From Candidatus Nomurabacteria bacterium (GTDB lineage: Bacteria > Patescibacteriota > Minisyncoccia > Phycocordibacterales > UBA9973), in the NCBI GenBank assembly GCA_943350445.1, contig CALRAE010000001.1:29561-93560 (forward strand): DNA of 64,000 nucleotides. The letters are read 5' to 3'. This document shows, in pieces, positions 10,328 through 20,034 of the stretch. The translations under genes were made by a program, and so were the position numbers. Position 1 is the first letter of the stretch. Every line of letters begins with the position of its first letter. The notes below the pieces were generated by a model. The model had not been told where the DNA came from and ran no database searches. It saw only the letters and a program-made list of their open reading frames with translations.

Positions 10328-10642
10328 ATGATCTTTGCTGGAGCTTCCGCTCTCGTGGGTTTGCTCGCAGTGCATCCGCCACGATTTATGAGGAAGCGTG
10401 GCCAGCCGGAGAGTCTGCTTTATAAGAAAAAGATTGAAAGTTTTAGTTCACCAGCAGAATACGAGAAAGCAGTTTTATTAGCGATGAAAACTCCAGCAAA
10501 AACCCGTGAACAATATGCAATTGAGATTTACAACTTATGTAAATATTACTATAGTCCGAAACGCAAACTCTTCCATGTGTCTCGCAAGCTTCTATTTGTT
10601 GGGATAGCTTTGAGTCTGGTTACGTTTCTAATTGGGGTTTGA
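10328..10642 (+). CDS. small hypothetical membrane protein (possibly frameshifted; upstream ORF from 10110)
   Basis: 104 aa with 2 TM helices. Frame continues upstream to 10154 without a start codon and overlaps a 49-aa ORF (10110-10256) in another frame. Confidence 0.3.
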   Translation: MIFAGASALVGLLAVHPPRFMRKRGQPESLLYKKKIESFSSPAEYEKAVLLAMKTPAKTREQYAIEIYNLCKYYYSPKRKLFHVSRKLLFVGIALSLVTFLIGV

Positions 10643-10814
10643 CAATGGTTTTTAATCTGCTAAGATATAAATCACTGCACTTTAGGCAGTTTTTGTTTTG
10701 TTTTTTACATTATTAATAATATCGCTCACGCTTAATTGGTGGGAGCAAGTTAGTAATTAAGCCTTAGCAGCTGGTCCTCGTATGTTAAGTCTTAACTATT
10801 AGCACAATATAAAA

Positions 10815-12008
10815 ATGTCAGAAGAATTTAAAAGAGATAAACCACACGTAAACGTAGGTACGATCGGTCACGTCGACCATGGTAAGACTACTTTAACGGC
10901 TGCAATCTTGCATGTGTTAAACATGGCTGGAAAGCAAGTTCGACTTCGAGGTGTTGATCAGATTGACTCAGCTCCAGAAGAAAAGGCTCGTGGAATCACC
11001 ATTAACATATCTCACAACGAGTATGCTACCGATGCACGTCACTATGCGCACATTGATGCTCCAGGACACGCAGACTACATCAAGAACATGATCACTGGTG
11101 CCGCTCAGATGGACGGCGCTATTCTTGTAGTTGCGGCGACTGACGGCGCTATGCCACAGACTCGTGAACACGTTCTTCTTGCAAAACAAGTTGGTGTTCC
11201 AAAAATGATCGTTTTCCTAAACAAGTGCGATATGGTTGACGATAAAGAAATGATTGACTTGGTTGAAGAGGAAATACGAGAACTTCTTACAAAGCAAGGT
11301 TTTGATGGCGCTGGCGCTCCAGTTATCCGTGGTTCTGCTCTCAAAGCTCTTGAATCAAAATCTGTGGATGATGAATGGGCAAAGAAAATTCTTGATCTTG
11401 CAAATGCTCTTGATACATATATTCCTGTTCCAATCCGAGAGTTAGCAAAACCTTTCCTTATGCCTGTCGAAGACATCTTCTCAATCGAAGGCCGTGGCAC
11501 AGTTGTGACTGGTAAGATCGAAAGAGGAGTAGTCAAGGTTGATGAGGAAATAGAAATTGTCGGAATCAAGCCTACTCAGAGATCAGTTGTTACAGGTATC
11601 GAAATGTTCAACAAGAATCTAAAAGAGGGTATGGCTGGCGACAACGCTGGTATCCTTCTCCGAGGTCTTAAAAAGGAAGATATAACTCGCGGACAAGTTC
11701 TTTGTAAACCTGGAACTACAACTCCACATGACAATTTCACAGCTGAAATTTATGTTTTGAAAAAGGAAGAAGGTGGACGTCACACTCCTTTCTTCAAGGG
11801 TTACAAGCCTCAATTTTATGTTCGAACTACAGATGTTACAGGTGATGTGACTCTAGCTGAAGGAACAGAGATGGTTATGCCCGGAGATACTGTAAAAATA
11901 ACAGTTAAATTAGTCACTCCAGTAGCACTCGAAGAATCACAGAGATTCGCGATCCGCGAAGGAGGCAAGACAGTCGGAGCTGGAGTGGTTACCAAGATCC
12001 TCGGATAG
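10815..12008 (+). CDS. tuf: elongation factor Tu
   Basis: 397 aa; [13 protein letters not shown] and DAPGHADY motifs. Confidence 0.97.
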   Translation: MSEEFKRDKPHVNVGTIGHVDHGKTTLTAAILHVLNMAGKQVRLRGVDQIDSAPEEKARGITINISHNEYATDARHYAHIDAPGHADYIKNMITGAAQMDGAILVVAATDGAMPQTREHVLLAKQVGVPKMIVFLNKCDMVDDKEMIDLVEEEIRELLTKQGFDGAGAPVIRGSALKALESKSVDDEWAKKILDLANALDTYIPVPIRELAKPFLMPVEDIFSIEGRGTVVTGKIERGVVKVDEEIEIVGIKPTQRSVVTGIEMFNKNLKEGMAGDNAGILLRGLKKEDITRGQVLCKPGTTTPHDNFTAEIYVLKKEEGGRHTPFFKGYKPQFYVRTTDVTGDVTLAEGTEMVMPGDTVKITVKLVTPVALEESQRFAIREGGKTVGAGVVTKILG

Positions 12009-12037
12009 CATATAAGTTATAAAGTTATAAAAGTTCT

Positions 12038-12448
12038 ATGACAACAACAGAGATAAAAACAAAAAAGCCTAAAGTGGCAAAAAGTGCAGCAACCAAAATT
12101 CCCAAAGTGAAGGCCTCAAAAGCTTCAAAGAAGGAAGACGGTCAAGTTGTGCTTCGCATACGTGTACGAGCGTATGAGAGTAAGATTCTTGATGCTTCTG
12201 TGAAGCAAATTATGGATACTGCAGTTCGTCACGATGCTACTATTGTTGGTCCTGTTCCGTTGCCTACTGAAATAAAGAAATACACAGTCAATCGCTCTCC
12301 TTTTATTTACAAAAATACTAGAGAGCAATTTGAAATTCGTGTACACAAGAGATTGATTGATATCATAAATCCAAATGCAAAGACCATCGAGGCTCTTACC
12401 AATTTGTCTCTTCCTTCCGGAGTAGATATAGACGTTAAAATGTTGTAA
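12038..12448 (+). CDS. rpsJ: 30S ribosomal protein S10 with Lys-rich N-terminal extension
   Basis: Core LRIRVRAYESKILD...GPVPLPTE matches S10. Confidence 0.9.
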   Translation: MTTTEIKTKKPKVAKSAATKIPKVKASKASKKEDGQVVLRIRVRAYESKILDASVKQIMDTAVRHDATIVGPVPLPTEIKKYTVNRSPFIYKNTREQFEIRVHKRLIDIINPNAKTIEALTNLSLPSGVDIDVKML

Positions 12449-12452
12449 TTCC

Positions 12453-13067
12453 ATGAAATTCATTCTTGCTACAAAAGAAAACATGTCTGAGTATTTCTCC
12501 GAAGAGGGTGTGGTTATTCCAGTGACTATCGTTTCTGCTGGACCTGTGACTGTGACTCGAGTCTTCGAAAAATCAAAAGATGGTTATGACTCTGTCCAAG
12601 TTGGTTTCGGCACTCAAAAGAAAGAAAGAATCACCAAGGGTCGCGCTGGTGCCATGAAAGGTGCTTTCTATAAGAATTTGAAAGAATTCAGACTAAAACC
12701 AGCAGACAAGACAACAGTCAAAGAAGGTGATGTTGTGGATGTTTCAATCTTTACTGCAGGAGACATGGTTCAGATCTCAAGTACCTCTAAAGGTAAAGGT
12801 TTTCAAGGTGTCGTTAAACGCCATGGATTTGCTGGAGGTCCACGTACTCACGGCCAAAAGCACTCAGAGCGTGAAGCTGGTTCTATCGGTGGTGGTCTAC
12901 GTACTCACGTGCCAAAAGGTATGAGAATGGCTGGACGCATGGGTTCTGATCGTATCACGCAAAAGAATTTGAAAGTTATTTCCGTAGACAAAGAAAACAA
13001 CATTATGCTTATCAAGGGAGCAATCGCTGGGAAGCGTGGAAGTTTAATCGAGATAATCAGTAGATAA
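12453..13067 (+). CDS. rplC: 50S ribosomal protein L3
   Basis: 204 aa; GFQGVVKRHGFAGGPRTHGQ motif. Confidence 0.9.
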   Translation: MKFILATKENMSEYFSEEGVVIPVTIVSAGPVTVTRVFEKSKDGYDSVQVGFGTQKKERITKGRAGAMKGAFYKNLKEFRLKPADKTTVKEGDVVDVSIFTAGDMVQISSTSKGKGFQGVVKRHGFAGGPRTHGQKHSEREAGSIGGGLRTHVPKGMRMAGRMGSDRITQKNLKVISVDKENNIMLIKGAIAGKRGSLIEIISR

Positions 13068-13068
13068 T

Positions 13069-13728
13069 ATGGAAGCAAAAATATACAACCAAAAAGGAAC
13101 TACAGCCGGCACGATAACTCTTCCAGAGAAAGTTTTTGCTGCAAAGTGGAGGAGCGACCTCGTGCACCAAGTCGTACAGAGTATGCGCAGTAACAAGCGC
13201 GCTGGTACAGCTGACACCAAAGACCGCGGAGAAGTTCGTGGTGGAGGTAAGAAGCCTTGGAAGCAAAAGGGAACAGGACAAGCTCGTCATGGATCATCTC
13301 GCAGTCCTATTTGGGTAGGTGGAGGTGTGACTCATGGCCCACTCGCTGAAAAGAACTATAAGAGAAAAATTTCAGCAAAGATGCGTGCACAAGCTTTATT
13401 CTCAGTACTTTCAAAGAAATTAAAAGACGGAGAGATAATTTTTGTTGATACTCTGGCGACAGATTCTATCAAGACTAAAGATGCTGTAAAAGTGGTTCAG
13501 AACTTGGCTAAAGTTTCTGGATGGAAGACAGTAGATGCATCAAAGAAGCCTCGCGTTCTTACTGCTCTTTTTGCTCGCAGTGAAAAGACAGAGAAGAGTT
13601 TCCGTAATATTCCAGCCCTTGAAATAGCTTTTTTGAAAAATTTGAATCCATTTGATGTGTTGAATTATAAGTATCTTTTAATTGAGAATCCAACCGAAAG
13701 TGTTAAATTCCTAGAATCAAGAGGATAA
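13069..13728 (+). CDS. rplD: 50S ribosomal protein L4
   Basis: 219 aa; GGGKKPWKQKGTGQARHGS motif. Confidence 0.9.
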   Translation: MEAKIYNQKGTTAGTITLPEKVFAAKWRSDLVHQVVQSMRSNKRAGTADTKDRGEVRGGGKKPWKQKGTGQARHGSSRSPIWVGGGVTHGPLAEKNYKRKISAKMRAQALFSVLSKKLKDGEIIFVDTLATDSIKTKDAVKVVQNLAKVSGWKTVDASKKPRVLTALFARSEKTEKSFRNIPALEIAFLKNLNPFDVLNYKYLLIENPTESVKFLESRG

Positions 13729-13733
13729 ACCAT

Positions 13734-14003
13734 ATGACACACATAATACAAAACCCAAGAGTCACCGAAAAAGCATCTTTTGCCTACGAGCACAATGTTT
13801 ACACTTTTGATGTATCTGCTTCTGCGAACAAGACAGAAATCAAGAAAGCAATTTTTTTACTTTACAAAGTGAAGCCTGTGAAAGTAAACGTTCTACCTAT
13901 CCCAAAGAAAAGTACTTTTTCAAAAGGGAAGGCTGGGTCAAAAGGTGGAGGCAGAAAGGCTCTGGTATATTTAAAGAAAGGTGATAAGATAGAATTCGTT
14001 TAA
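13734..14003 (+). CDS. rplW: 50S ribosomal protein L23
   Basis: 89 aa; position and sequence consistent with L23. Confidence 0.8.
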   Translation: MTHIIQNPRVTEKASFAYEHNVYTFDVSASANKTEIKKAIFLLYKVKPVKVNVLPIPKKSTFSKGKAGSKGGGRKALVYLKKGDKIEFV

Positions 14004-14053
14004 AAGCGCCGCGCTTTAATTGACGATTGCGCGACATGATTTTGTAAAATCAC

Positions 14054-14893
14054 ATGAAAACATACAAACCAACAAGTAAATCAAGACGACACATGACTCA
14101 TGTTCCTTACAGGGAGCTTTTGAGTCACACTGAGCCGACCAAATCTTTAACTCACGGATTCTATCGAAGAGTGGGCCGCAACAGTGCTGGACGCATCACT
14201 GTCCGTCATAAAGGAGGAGGACACAAGCGCCTCTATCGAGACGTAGACTTTTTATATAACAAGAAAGACATTCCGGCGACTATCAAATCTGTGGAATACG
14301 ATCCAAACCGTTCCGCATTTATCGGTCTTGCTGTCTACAAAGATGGAGAGAAGAGATATGTAGTTCTTCCGAAGTCAGTCAAACCAGGTCATACATTTAT
14401 TGTTTCCAATAAAGCTCCTCTTGAACTTGCAAACAGACTTCCTTTAAAAGAAATCCCAGTCGGTACTTTCGTTTACAACGTAGAGATCCAACCAAACGGT
14501 GGAGCAAAGATCGGACGTTCTGCAGGTATCTTCGCACAAGTTGTGGCGAATGCTGATGGATATACAAACCTCAAGATGCCTTCGACTGAAATCAGAAAAA
14601 TAAATGAAAATTGTTTTGCATGTGTCGGTACTGTTAGTAACGATGAACATCATCTAGAAAATTGGGGCAAGGCGGGACGTTCTCGCTGGAAGGGTATTCG
14701 CCCGACTGTCCGTGGTTCTGCAATGAACCCTGTAGACCATCCATACGGTGGAGGTGAAGGTAGACAAGGCCGTGGTACCAAGCGTCCGAAGACTATGTGG
14801 GGTAAAGTTACGGGTGGCAGGAAGACCCGCAGCCCAAAGCGATACTCTCAAGTGTTCATCGTCTCCCGCCGAAAGACTGGCAAGAATAAATAA
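14054..14893 (+). CDS. rplB: 50S ribosomal protein L2
   Basis: 279 aa; RHKGGGHKRLYR and PVDHPYGGGEG motifs. Confidence 0.95.
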   Translation: MKTYKPTSKSRRHMTHVPYRELLSHTEPTKSLTHGFYRRVGRNSAGRITVRHKGGGHKRLYRDVDFLYNKKDIPATIKSVEYDPNRSAFIGLAVYKDGEKRYVVLPKSVKPGHTFIVSNKAPLELANRLPLKEIPVGTFVYNVEIQPNGGAKIGRSAGIFAQVVANADGYTNLKMPSTEIRKINENCFACVGTVSNDEHHLENWGKAGRSRWKGIRPTVRGSAMNPVDHPYGGGEGRQGRGTKRPKTMWGKVTGGRKTRSPKRYSQVFIVSRRKTGKNK

Positions 14894-14930
14894 AGAATTT
14901 AAAAACACAGCCTTCGGGCTGTGTTTTGTT

Positions 14931-15458
14931 TTAACTCAATTTCTCAAAAGCCATTTTGACTGCTTCCTTTTCGTCAGAGAACATGGCTATGGTGTTTTCG
15001 TCTGTTACACCCGTGTTTCTATCTATATGTTTCAGGTCTACAATTTTTTTCACATCATTTGGTCTGATTACCCTAAACCCTCCAAATGAAGCTTTTTTCT
15101 CTCTATTTATCATATTTTTCCACACTTTTTCTTCTATAATGGCTCCATAAGTGATTACTTGTTTCTCTGGTTTTTCATAGTTTATCAATTCTATTAATTT
15201 TCCTGTTTCAGATAATTTTTTCACTATAAGTAATAGTTCATCTCCGAGTTCTTCTTGAACTTCTCGAAATAGCGCTTGCATAAAGTCTTCACCTTCTTCA
15301 AGTCCACCATGAGCCGTCACCTGGCACATGCCTGGATAGGATTCTGGGCAGTTTTTTTCTGCATCCCATTTTGCACGCACTTGCAGTATGGCCACCAATC
15401 CTCCATCTTTATTTTTGCCTAATAGTTGTATTCCGACGGATTTCTTTTTATTTTGCAT
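14931..15458 (-). CDS. NUDIX hydrolase
   Basis: 175 aa; Nudix box GGLEEGEDFMQALFREVQEELG; antisense to the ribosomal operon. Confidence 0.7.
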   Translation of the reverse strand: MQNKKKSVGIQLLGKNKDGGLVAILQVRAKWDAEKNCPESYPGMCQVTAHGGLEEGEDFMQALFREVQEELGDELLLIVKKLSETGKLIELINYEKPEKQVITYGAIIEEKVWKNMINREKKASFGGFRVIRPNDVKKIVDLKHIDRNTGVTDENTIAMFSDEKEAVKMAFEKLS

Positions 15459-15650
15459 ACAAGTTTATACTATCATGGTTCGATTTTACTCACTATGACC
15501 CTGAGCTTGCCGAATGGATCATTGTTTTTATAAACAACAATCCACAATTCTTATATTGCGTTATTTTATATATAGTGTATAAATATAAACGAATAATATT
15601 GAACAAATAGTGCACTGCTTACGCAGTCCACGGAAGGGAGGTGAGTAATA

Positions 15651-15746
15651 ATGTCTAAAGCCAAACAGAAACAACTGACCGCACAAGGACAGCAAGGAGA
15701 AAAACAGAAGCTCAGAAGGCAGCCGCAGAAAGTTCGCCAGAAGTGA
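15651..15746 (+). CDS. candidate 31-aa highly basic small protein
   Basis: Strong SD GGAAGGGAGGTGA 7 nt before the ATG; sequence MSKAKQKQLTAQGQQGEKQKLRRQPQKVRQK; followed by an 11-bp GC hairpin terminator; locally GC-rich. Confidence 0.3.
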   Translation: MSKAKQKQLTAQGQQGEKQKLRRQPQKVRQK

Positions 15747-15770
15747 CCTGCGAACCAAAGTGCTAGAATC

Positions 15771-15805
15771 ATGGGGGCCACCGATGCACTCGGTGGCCCC
15801 CAATC
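15771..15805 (+). terminator. strong intrinsic terminator
   Basis: GGGGGCCACCG-atgcact-CGGTGGCCCCC perfect 11-bp stem followed by a T-rich tail. Confidence 0.65.
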
Positions 15806-15812
15806 TATTTTA

Positions 15813-15842
15813 TTTGACATTTTGCGCCTATTTGCTAATATA
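15813..15842 (+). promoter_or_regulatory. promoter for rpsS (TTGACA-16-TAATAT)
   Basis: Near-consensus -35 with a 16-nt spacer to an AT-rich -10. Confidence 0.35.
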
Positions 15843-15891
15843 AATCCAAGCTCGCTAGGGGCTATTTTTAATGCTTTACCAAAAATAAACT

Positions 15892-16245
15892 ATGACAAGA
15901 TCACTCAAAAAAGGTGTATATGCAGATGAAAGGCTCTTGAAAAAGATTGCCGGCAAAAACCCGCTCAATACTCCTACTGTAAAGACATGGAAAAGAGCCG
16001 TAGTTATCTCTCCAGAGATGCTTGGCTTCACTTTTGGTGTTTACAACGGCAAGGTGCATGTGGATGTTCTTGTCACCGAAGACATGGTGGGTCACAGACT
16101 AGGCGAATTTTCTCCAACCAAGAAGTTTACGAAACACGGAGGAAAGATGCAGAAAGAGCTTGAGCAAAAGAAAAAGGAAGCTGAAATAACTGCTGCTAAG
16201 GGCGCGACTGCAGCCGCAGTGGACGCAAAAGCACCTAAGAAATAG
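15892..16245 (+). CDS. rpsS: 30S ribosomal protein S19 with Lys/Ala-rich C-terminal tail
   Basis: Core GHRLGEFSPTKKF etc. matches S19. Confidence 0.9.
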   Translation: MTRSLKKGVYADERLLKKIAGKNPLNTPTVKTWKRAVVISPEMLGFTFGVYNGKVHVDVLVTEDMVGHRLGEFSPTKKFTKHGGKMQKELEQKKKEAEITAAKGATAAAVDAKAPKK

Positions 16246-16270
16246 TTCGACAAGCTCACTATAAATAATC
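16243..16270 (+). repeat. 26-nt exact repeat TAGTTCGACAAGCTCACTATAAATAA (copy 1, after the rpsS stop)
   Basis: Identical 26-mer recurs at 22459-22486 after the rpsZ stop. Confidence 0.7.
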
Positions 16271-16279
16271 ATCATAAAT

Positions 16280-16666
16280 ATGAAAGCATTTTTAAAAAAT
16301 TACAGACAAGCACCAAGAAAAGTTCGCCTAGTGGCATCTCTCGTTAAAGGCAAGAGTGTTGCGAACGCGATAGTTGAACTTGATTTCTTGGCAAAGCGCG
16401 CAGGTCTACCGATCAAGAAGCTTTTACTTTCTGCTGTTGCGAATGCAAAAAATATGGGCATAGAAGTAGATAATTTATTTATCAAAGAATTAAGAGTAGA
16501 CAAGGGCATAGTCATGAAGAGAATGATGCCAGCGGCGATGGGTACAGGACACAGAATAAACAAGCGAACGAGTCACTTGAATCTGCTTTTGGCGGAAAAG
16601 GTGGCTCCGGTTAAACGATCTAAGAAAATTAAAGAGGTTAAAGTGAAAGAAGTAGTAAAAAAATAA
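16280..16666 (+). CDS. rplV: 50S ribosomal protein L22
   Basis: 128 aa; conserved L22 core. Confidence 0.9.
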   Translation: MKAFLKNYRQAPRKVRLVASLVKGKSVANAIVELDFLAKRAGLPIKKLLLSAVANAKNMGIEVDNLFIKELRVDKGIVMKRMMPAAMGTGHRINKRTSHLNLLLAEKVAPVKRSKKIKEVKVKEVVKK

Positions 16667-16675
16667 TAAAATTAT

Positions 16676-17416
16676 ATGTCAAAAATAGTACATCCATATG
16701 CACATAGATTGATCATACTCCGAGACTGGAAGTCTCGCTGGTTTGCTGATTCAAAGAAATACGTCACCTATCTAAAAGGGGATGTGCTCATTCGTCAGTA
16801 CTTAGAAAAGAAATTGCGTGGTATGTACGTCTCTACTATTGAGATCGAACGAAGCCGAAAAGCTACTCGCTTTATCATCAAGACTTCTCGCCCAGGACTT
16901 ATCATCGGCCGAAGTGGCGAAGGTGCTACCAAGCTCAAAGAAGAGATATTGAAAAAGATGGACTACCTCAAGCTAGGCAGACCAGAAGATTTCAAACTAG
17001 AAATCGTGGAAGTCACAAATCCAGAAGCAGATGCTGCTATCGTCGCATACATGATCGCAGAAGGTTTGGAGAAAAGATTACCATACCGCCGAGTTATCAA
17101 GACAATAATCGAAAAAGTCATGACTGCTCGTGGGGTAGAAGGAGCGAGAGTAGTCCTGTCAGGTAGACTCGGAGGAGCTGACATTGCTCGTACGGAAGAG
17201 CTTAAGCGTGGAAGTATCCCGCTTCAGACTTTCCGCGCGGACATAGACTTCAAGCGTGAACGCGCGACTCTATCTTATGGAGTTATCGGCGTGAAGGTTT
17301 GGATATATCGAGGAAAAATATTTGCAGATAAGAAAAATTCCAAGACTGTTTTTAGTAGTGATGAAGCAGGTGGCAAAGAAGGAGCAGATAATATAAAGGC
17401 AGTTAAATTAGATTAA
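16676..17416 (+). CDS. rpsC: 30S ribosomal protein S3
   Basis: 246 aa; KH domain GRSGEG and KW.SRWFA motifs. Confidence 0.95.
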   Translation: MSKIVHPYAHRLIILRDWKSRWFADSKKYVTYLKGDVLIRQYLEKKLRGMYVSTIEIERSRKATRFIIKTSRPGLIIGRSGEGATKLKEEILKKMDYLKLGRPEDFKLEIVEVTNPEADAAIVAYMIAEGLEKRLPYRRVIKTIIEKVMTARGVEGARVVLSGRLGGADIARTEELKRGSIPLQTFRADIDFKRERATLSYGVIGVKVWIYRGKIFADKKNSKTVFSSDEAGGKEGADNIKAVKLD

Positions 17417-17420
17417 ATAT

Positions 17421-17849
17421 ATGTTAGTACCAAAAAAAGTAAAATTTAGAAAATGGCAGACCAAGCGAACGAATCCAAAGGCGATGGGTCCAGATACTAG
17501 GGGCACCAAGTTGTCTTTCGGTTCTTATGGACTCAAGTCTATATCTCAAGCTCGCGTCAGATCTGCGCAAATCGAAGCAGCACGAAAGGTTATCGCTCGT
17601 ACTCTCACCAAAGCTGGTAAATATTGGATCCGCATTTTCCCAGATCGACCTTATACTGCTAAAGCTGCAGAAGTGGGCATGGGTAAAGGTAAAGGAGACC
17701 CACAAGGATACTGTTTCGATGTTTTCCCTGGACGTATTATTTTCGAAGTTGACGGAGTAGATGAGAAAACTGCTAGCGAAGCATTACGAAAAGCTGGTAG
17801 CAAGCTCCCACTAAAGGTCAGAATCATGTCTAGAGTACACAAGCAATAA
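17421..17849 (+). CDS. rplP: 50S ribosomal protein L16
   Basis: 142 aa; MLVPKKVKFRK start. Confidence 0.95.
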   Translation: MLVPKKVKFRKWQTKRTNPKAMGPDTRGTKLSFGSYGLKSISQARVRSAQIEAARKVIARTLTKAGKYWIRIFPDRPYTAKAAEVGMGKGKGDPQGYCFDVFPGRIIFEVDGVDEKTASEALRKAGSKLPLKVRIMSRVHKQ

Positions 17850-17855
17850 AATTAT

Positions 17856-18065
17856 ATGGCTAAAGCAAAGAAAACCGAAAAGAATAGTTTTAAAGGTATG
17901 AAATTGGCAGATCTTAACAAGCAACTCGCTACTTTACAGGAGAATGCAAGAGTTATAAGATTCAAGGCCGAGGGTGCAAAACCAAAGAATGTTAAGGAGA
18001 TTGCAAATTTAAAGAAAGATATTGCTCGAATCTTAACAGAGATAAAAGCACAATCCGCAAAATAA
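17856..18065 (+). CDS. rpmC: 50S ribosomal protein L29
   Basis: 69 aa helical; position consistent with L29. Confidence 0.8.
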   Translation: MAKAKKTEKNSFKGMKLADLNKQLATLQENARVIRFKAEGAKPKNVKEIANLKKDIARILTEIKAQSAK

Positions 18066-18090
18066 TAGATTTATAAAGTTATATAAAAAA

Positions 18091-18354
18091 ATGGCAACAA
18101 AATCAGAAAACAAAATAAAAGAAAGCAAAGGCAACATCCTAAAAGGAGTGGTTGTTTCAGACAAGATGCAAAAGACTGTTGTTGTTTCTGTTTCCAGATT
18201 CATCAAGCATCCCTTGTATGGCAAGTATTACAAAGTCAGCAAGAAGTATAAAGCGCACGATGAAGAGAATGCACATAAAGTCGGAGACAATGTAGAAATA
18301 GTCGAGACACGACCTATTTCTAAAGACAAGAGATTTAAAGTAGTCGTTAAATAA
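18091..18354 (+). CDS. rpsQ: 30S ribosomal protein S17
   Basis: 87 aa; [14 protein letters not shown] motif. Confidence 0.85.
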   Translation: MATKSENKIKESKGNILKGVVVSDKMQKTVVVSVSRFIKHPLYGKYYKVSKKYKAHDEENAHKVGDNVEIVETRPISKDKRFKVVVK

Positions 18355-18373
18355 ATATTTTAGAAATAATTAT

Positions 18374-18745
18374 ATGATTCAACCAAGAACATTAGTAAAA
18401 ATAGCAGACAACGCCGGAGGAACACTCGGAGCCGTATTTAAGGTTTTGGGTTCTTCAAAGAAAAGATACGCAACTCTTGGTGAAGAAGTAGTTATTTCTA
18501 TAAAAATTGCGACTCCTAGAAAGGGTGTTAAAAAGAAAGACGTGCATACAGCAGTCGTAGTGCGAACTCGTGCTGCTTTCCGCCGAAAGGATGGTTCTTA
18601 TATTCGTTTTGATGATAATGCGGTGGTGTTGCTCGAAAAAGGCAAAAAAGATCCAAAGGCTGGACGTGTTTTCGGTCCGATTCCACGAGAGCTAGCTGAA
18701 AAGGGATACCAGAAGATAATTTCATTGGCGCAAGAAGTCATCTAA
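18374..18745 (+). CDS. rplN: 50S ribosomal protein L14
   Basis: 123 aa; MIQPRTLVKIADNAGG start. Confidence 0.95.
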   Translation: MIQPRTLVKIADNAGGTLGAVFKVLGSSKKRYATLGEEVVISIKIATPRKGVKKKDVHTAVVVRTRAAFRRKDGSYIRFDDNAVVLLEKGKKDPKAGRVFGPIPRELAEKGYQKIISLAQEVI

Positions 18746-18761
18746 GTTATAAAGTAAATAT

Positions 18762-18980
18762 ATGAAAATCAAAAAAGGAGACAACATAACAGTAATAACA
18801 GGTAAGGATAAAGGCAAAAAAGGCAAAGTTGCTCGTGTGTTAGTGAGCGAAAATAAAGTCATCGTTGAAGGTATCAACATGATGAAAAAGCACCAGCGTC
18901 CAAGGAAGTCTGGCGAGAAGGGAAGTATGAAGGACATCGAAATGCCGATAGATGCTTCAAACGTTAAAAAAAATGATTAA
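18762..18980 (+). CDS. rplX: 50S ribosomal protein L24
   Basis: 72 aa; ITGKDKGKKGKV...VEGINMMKKHQRP motif. Confidence 0.85.
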   Translation: MKIKKGDNITVITGKDKGKKGKVARVLVSENKVIVEGINMMKKHQRPRKSGEKGSMKDIEMPIDASNVKKND

Positions 18981-18988
18981 ATAAATAT

Positions 18989-19540
18989 ATGGCAAAACAT
19001 TTAACTGTAAAAGAAAAAGAAATAGCGGCTTTTGAAAAAATGAAAGATGTTTTTCATTATAAAAACATCATGGCTGCAGCAAAGATGGAAAAGGTTGTGA
19101 TCAACGTCGGTACTGGAACGGCTATTAAAAAAGATAAGAACAAAAATGACGCTATCTCTGATCGTTTAGCCAAAATAACTGGCCAGAAGACCGCTACAAG
19201 AGGTGCAAAGCAATCAATCGCATCTTTTAAAACTAGAAAGGGGGATCCTATCGGCATCGTGGTAACACTACGTGGCAAGAGGATGTATGCTTTCTTGGAA
19301 AAGCTGATCAACGTGGCTCTGCCTCGTACCAAAGACTTTCGTGGGCTCACTCCAAAGTCAGTAGACAATATTGGTAACCTTACCATTGGCATAAAAGAAC
19401 ACACTATTTTCCCAGAAACAGCTGATGAAGACATTCGCGACGTTTTTGGTCTTTCTATCACCCTTGTATCTAAAGCAAAATATAAAAAGGAAGGTAAAGC
19501 CTTTTTTGAACTCCTCGGCGTTCCTTTTAAGAAGGACTAA
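18989..19540 (+). CDS. rplE: 50S ribosomal protein L5
   Basis: 183 aa; conserved L5 core. Confidence 0.95.
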   Translation: MAKHLTVKEKEIAAFEKMKDVFHYKNIMAAAKMEKVVINVGTGTAIKKDKNKNDAISDRLAKITGQKTATRGAKQSIASFKTRKGDPIGIVVTLRGKRMYAFLEKLINVALPRTKDFRGLTPKSVDNIGNLTIGIKEHTIFPETADEDIRDVFGLSITLVSKAKYKKEGKAFFELLGVPFKKD

Positions 19541-19617
19541 ACGAAGAAATAGAAATTGTGAGGCAAGACCTCACAACTAATTTTGGTATAACTGCATGAT
19601 TGTTATATAATGTTTAT

Positions 19618-20034
19618 ATGCCTGAGGATATGAAAATCCCCAATAGTTCTGAGATTGATCAAGCCTTAAGAGAGTTTGAGGCACAGTCACATCCTCTGGG
19701 TCAGACGACACAAAAAGCTCCTGAAGCTCCAAGGGTATCTGATACTTTTAAGACCGAAACAACAGGAATAAGTTTTGAAACTGACAGTCTTAAATCGATA
19801 AATAATGCCAACGAAATTGTTGTGCCCAGAATGGTAAGAATCGTGATGAAACTCTCTGGAGGAGCTATAAAAGAGCAAAAACAGGCAGAATATGTGCTTC
19901 TCGGCTTTGCTTTAGTGATATTCCTTATTTCGCTGTATTTGTTTTTTGGCGGAGGTGAACCTACTCAAAAAATTTCCAACGAAGAATCTGTACAAAACTA
20001 TAATAATTATTATGAAAATCTACATAAAAAATAA
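19618..20034 (+). CDS. hypothetical C-terminally membrane-anchored protein, paralog 1
   Basis: ~138 aa; shares conserved block MV(R/K)(I/L)VMKLSGGAIKEQ(K/R)QAEYVLLGF and C-terminal TM helix with 21221-21616; stop overlaps the pilin start. Confidence 0.45.
   Translation: MPEDMKIPNSSEIDQALREFEAQSHPLGQTTQKAPEAPRVSDTFKTETTGISFETDSLKSINNANEIVVPRMVRIVMKLSGGAIKEQKQAEYVLLGFALVIFLISLYLFFGGGEPTQKISNEESVQNYNNYYENLHKK

Noticed and set aside
10679-10790. Inverted repeat GCTTAATT...AATTAAGC in the tuf leader
   Set aside because: A short 8-bp AT-rich stem without supporting conservation. Noted but not enough to call a regulatory element.
11105-11569. 154-aa minus-strand ORF
   Set aside because: Lies entirely antisense within tuf, whose identity is unambiguous. 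No homology features.
12009-12040. Short tandem AGTTATAAA motif between tuf and rpsJ
   Set aside because: Only 2-3 AT-rich units. Similar AT-rich words (ATAAATATATG) precede many ribosomal genes here and likely reflect generic RBS/AT bias.
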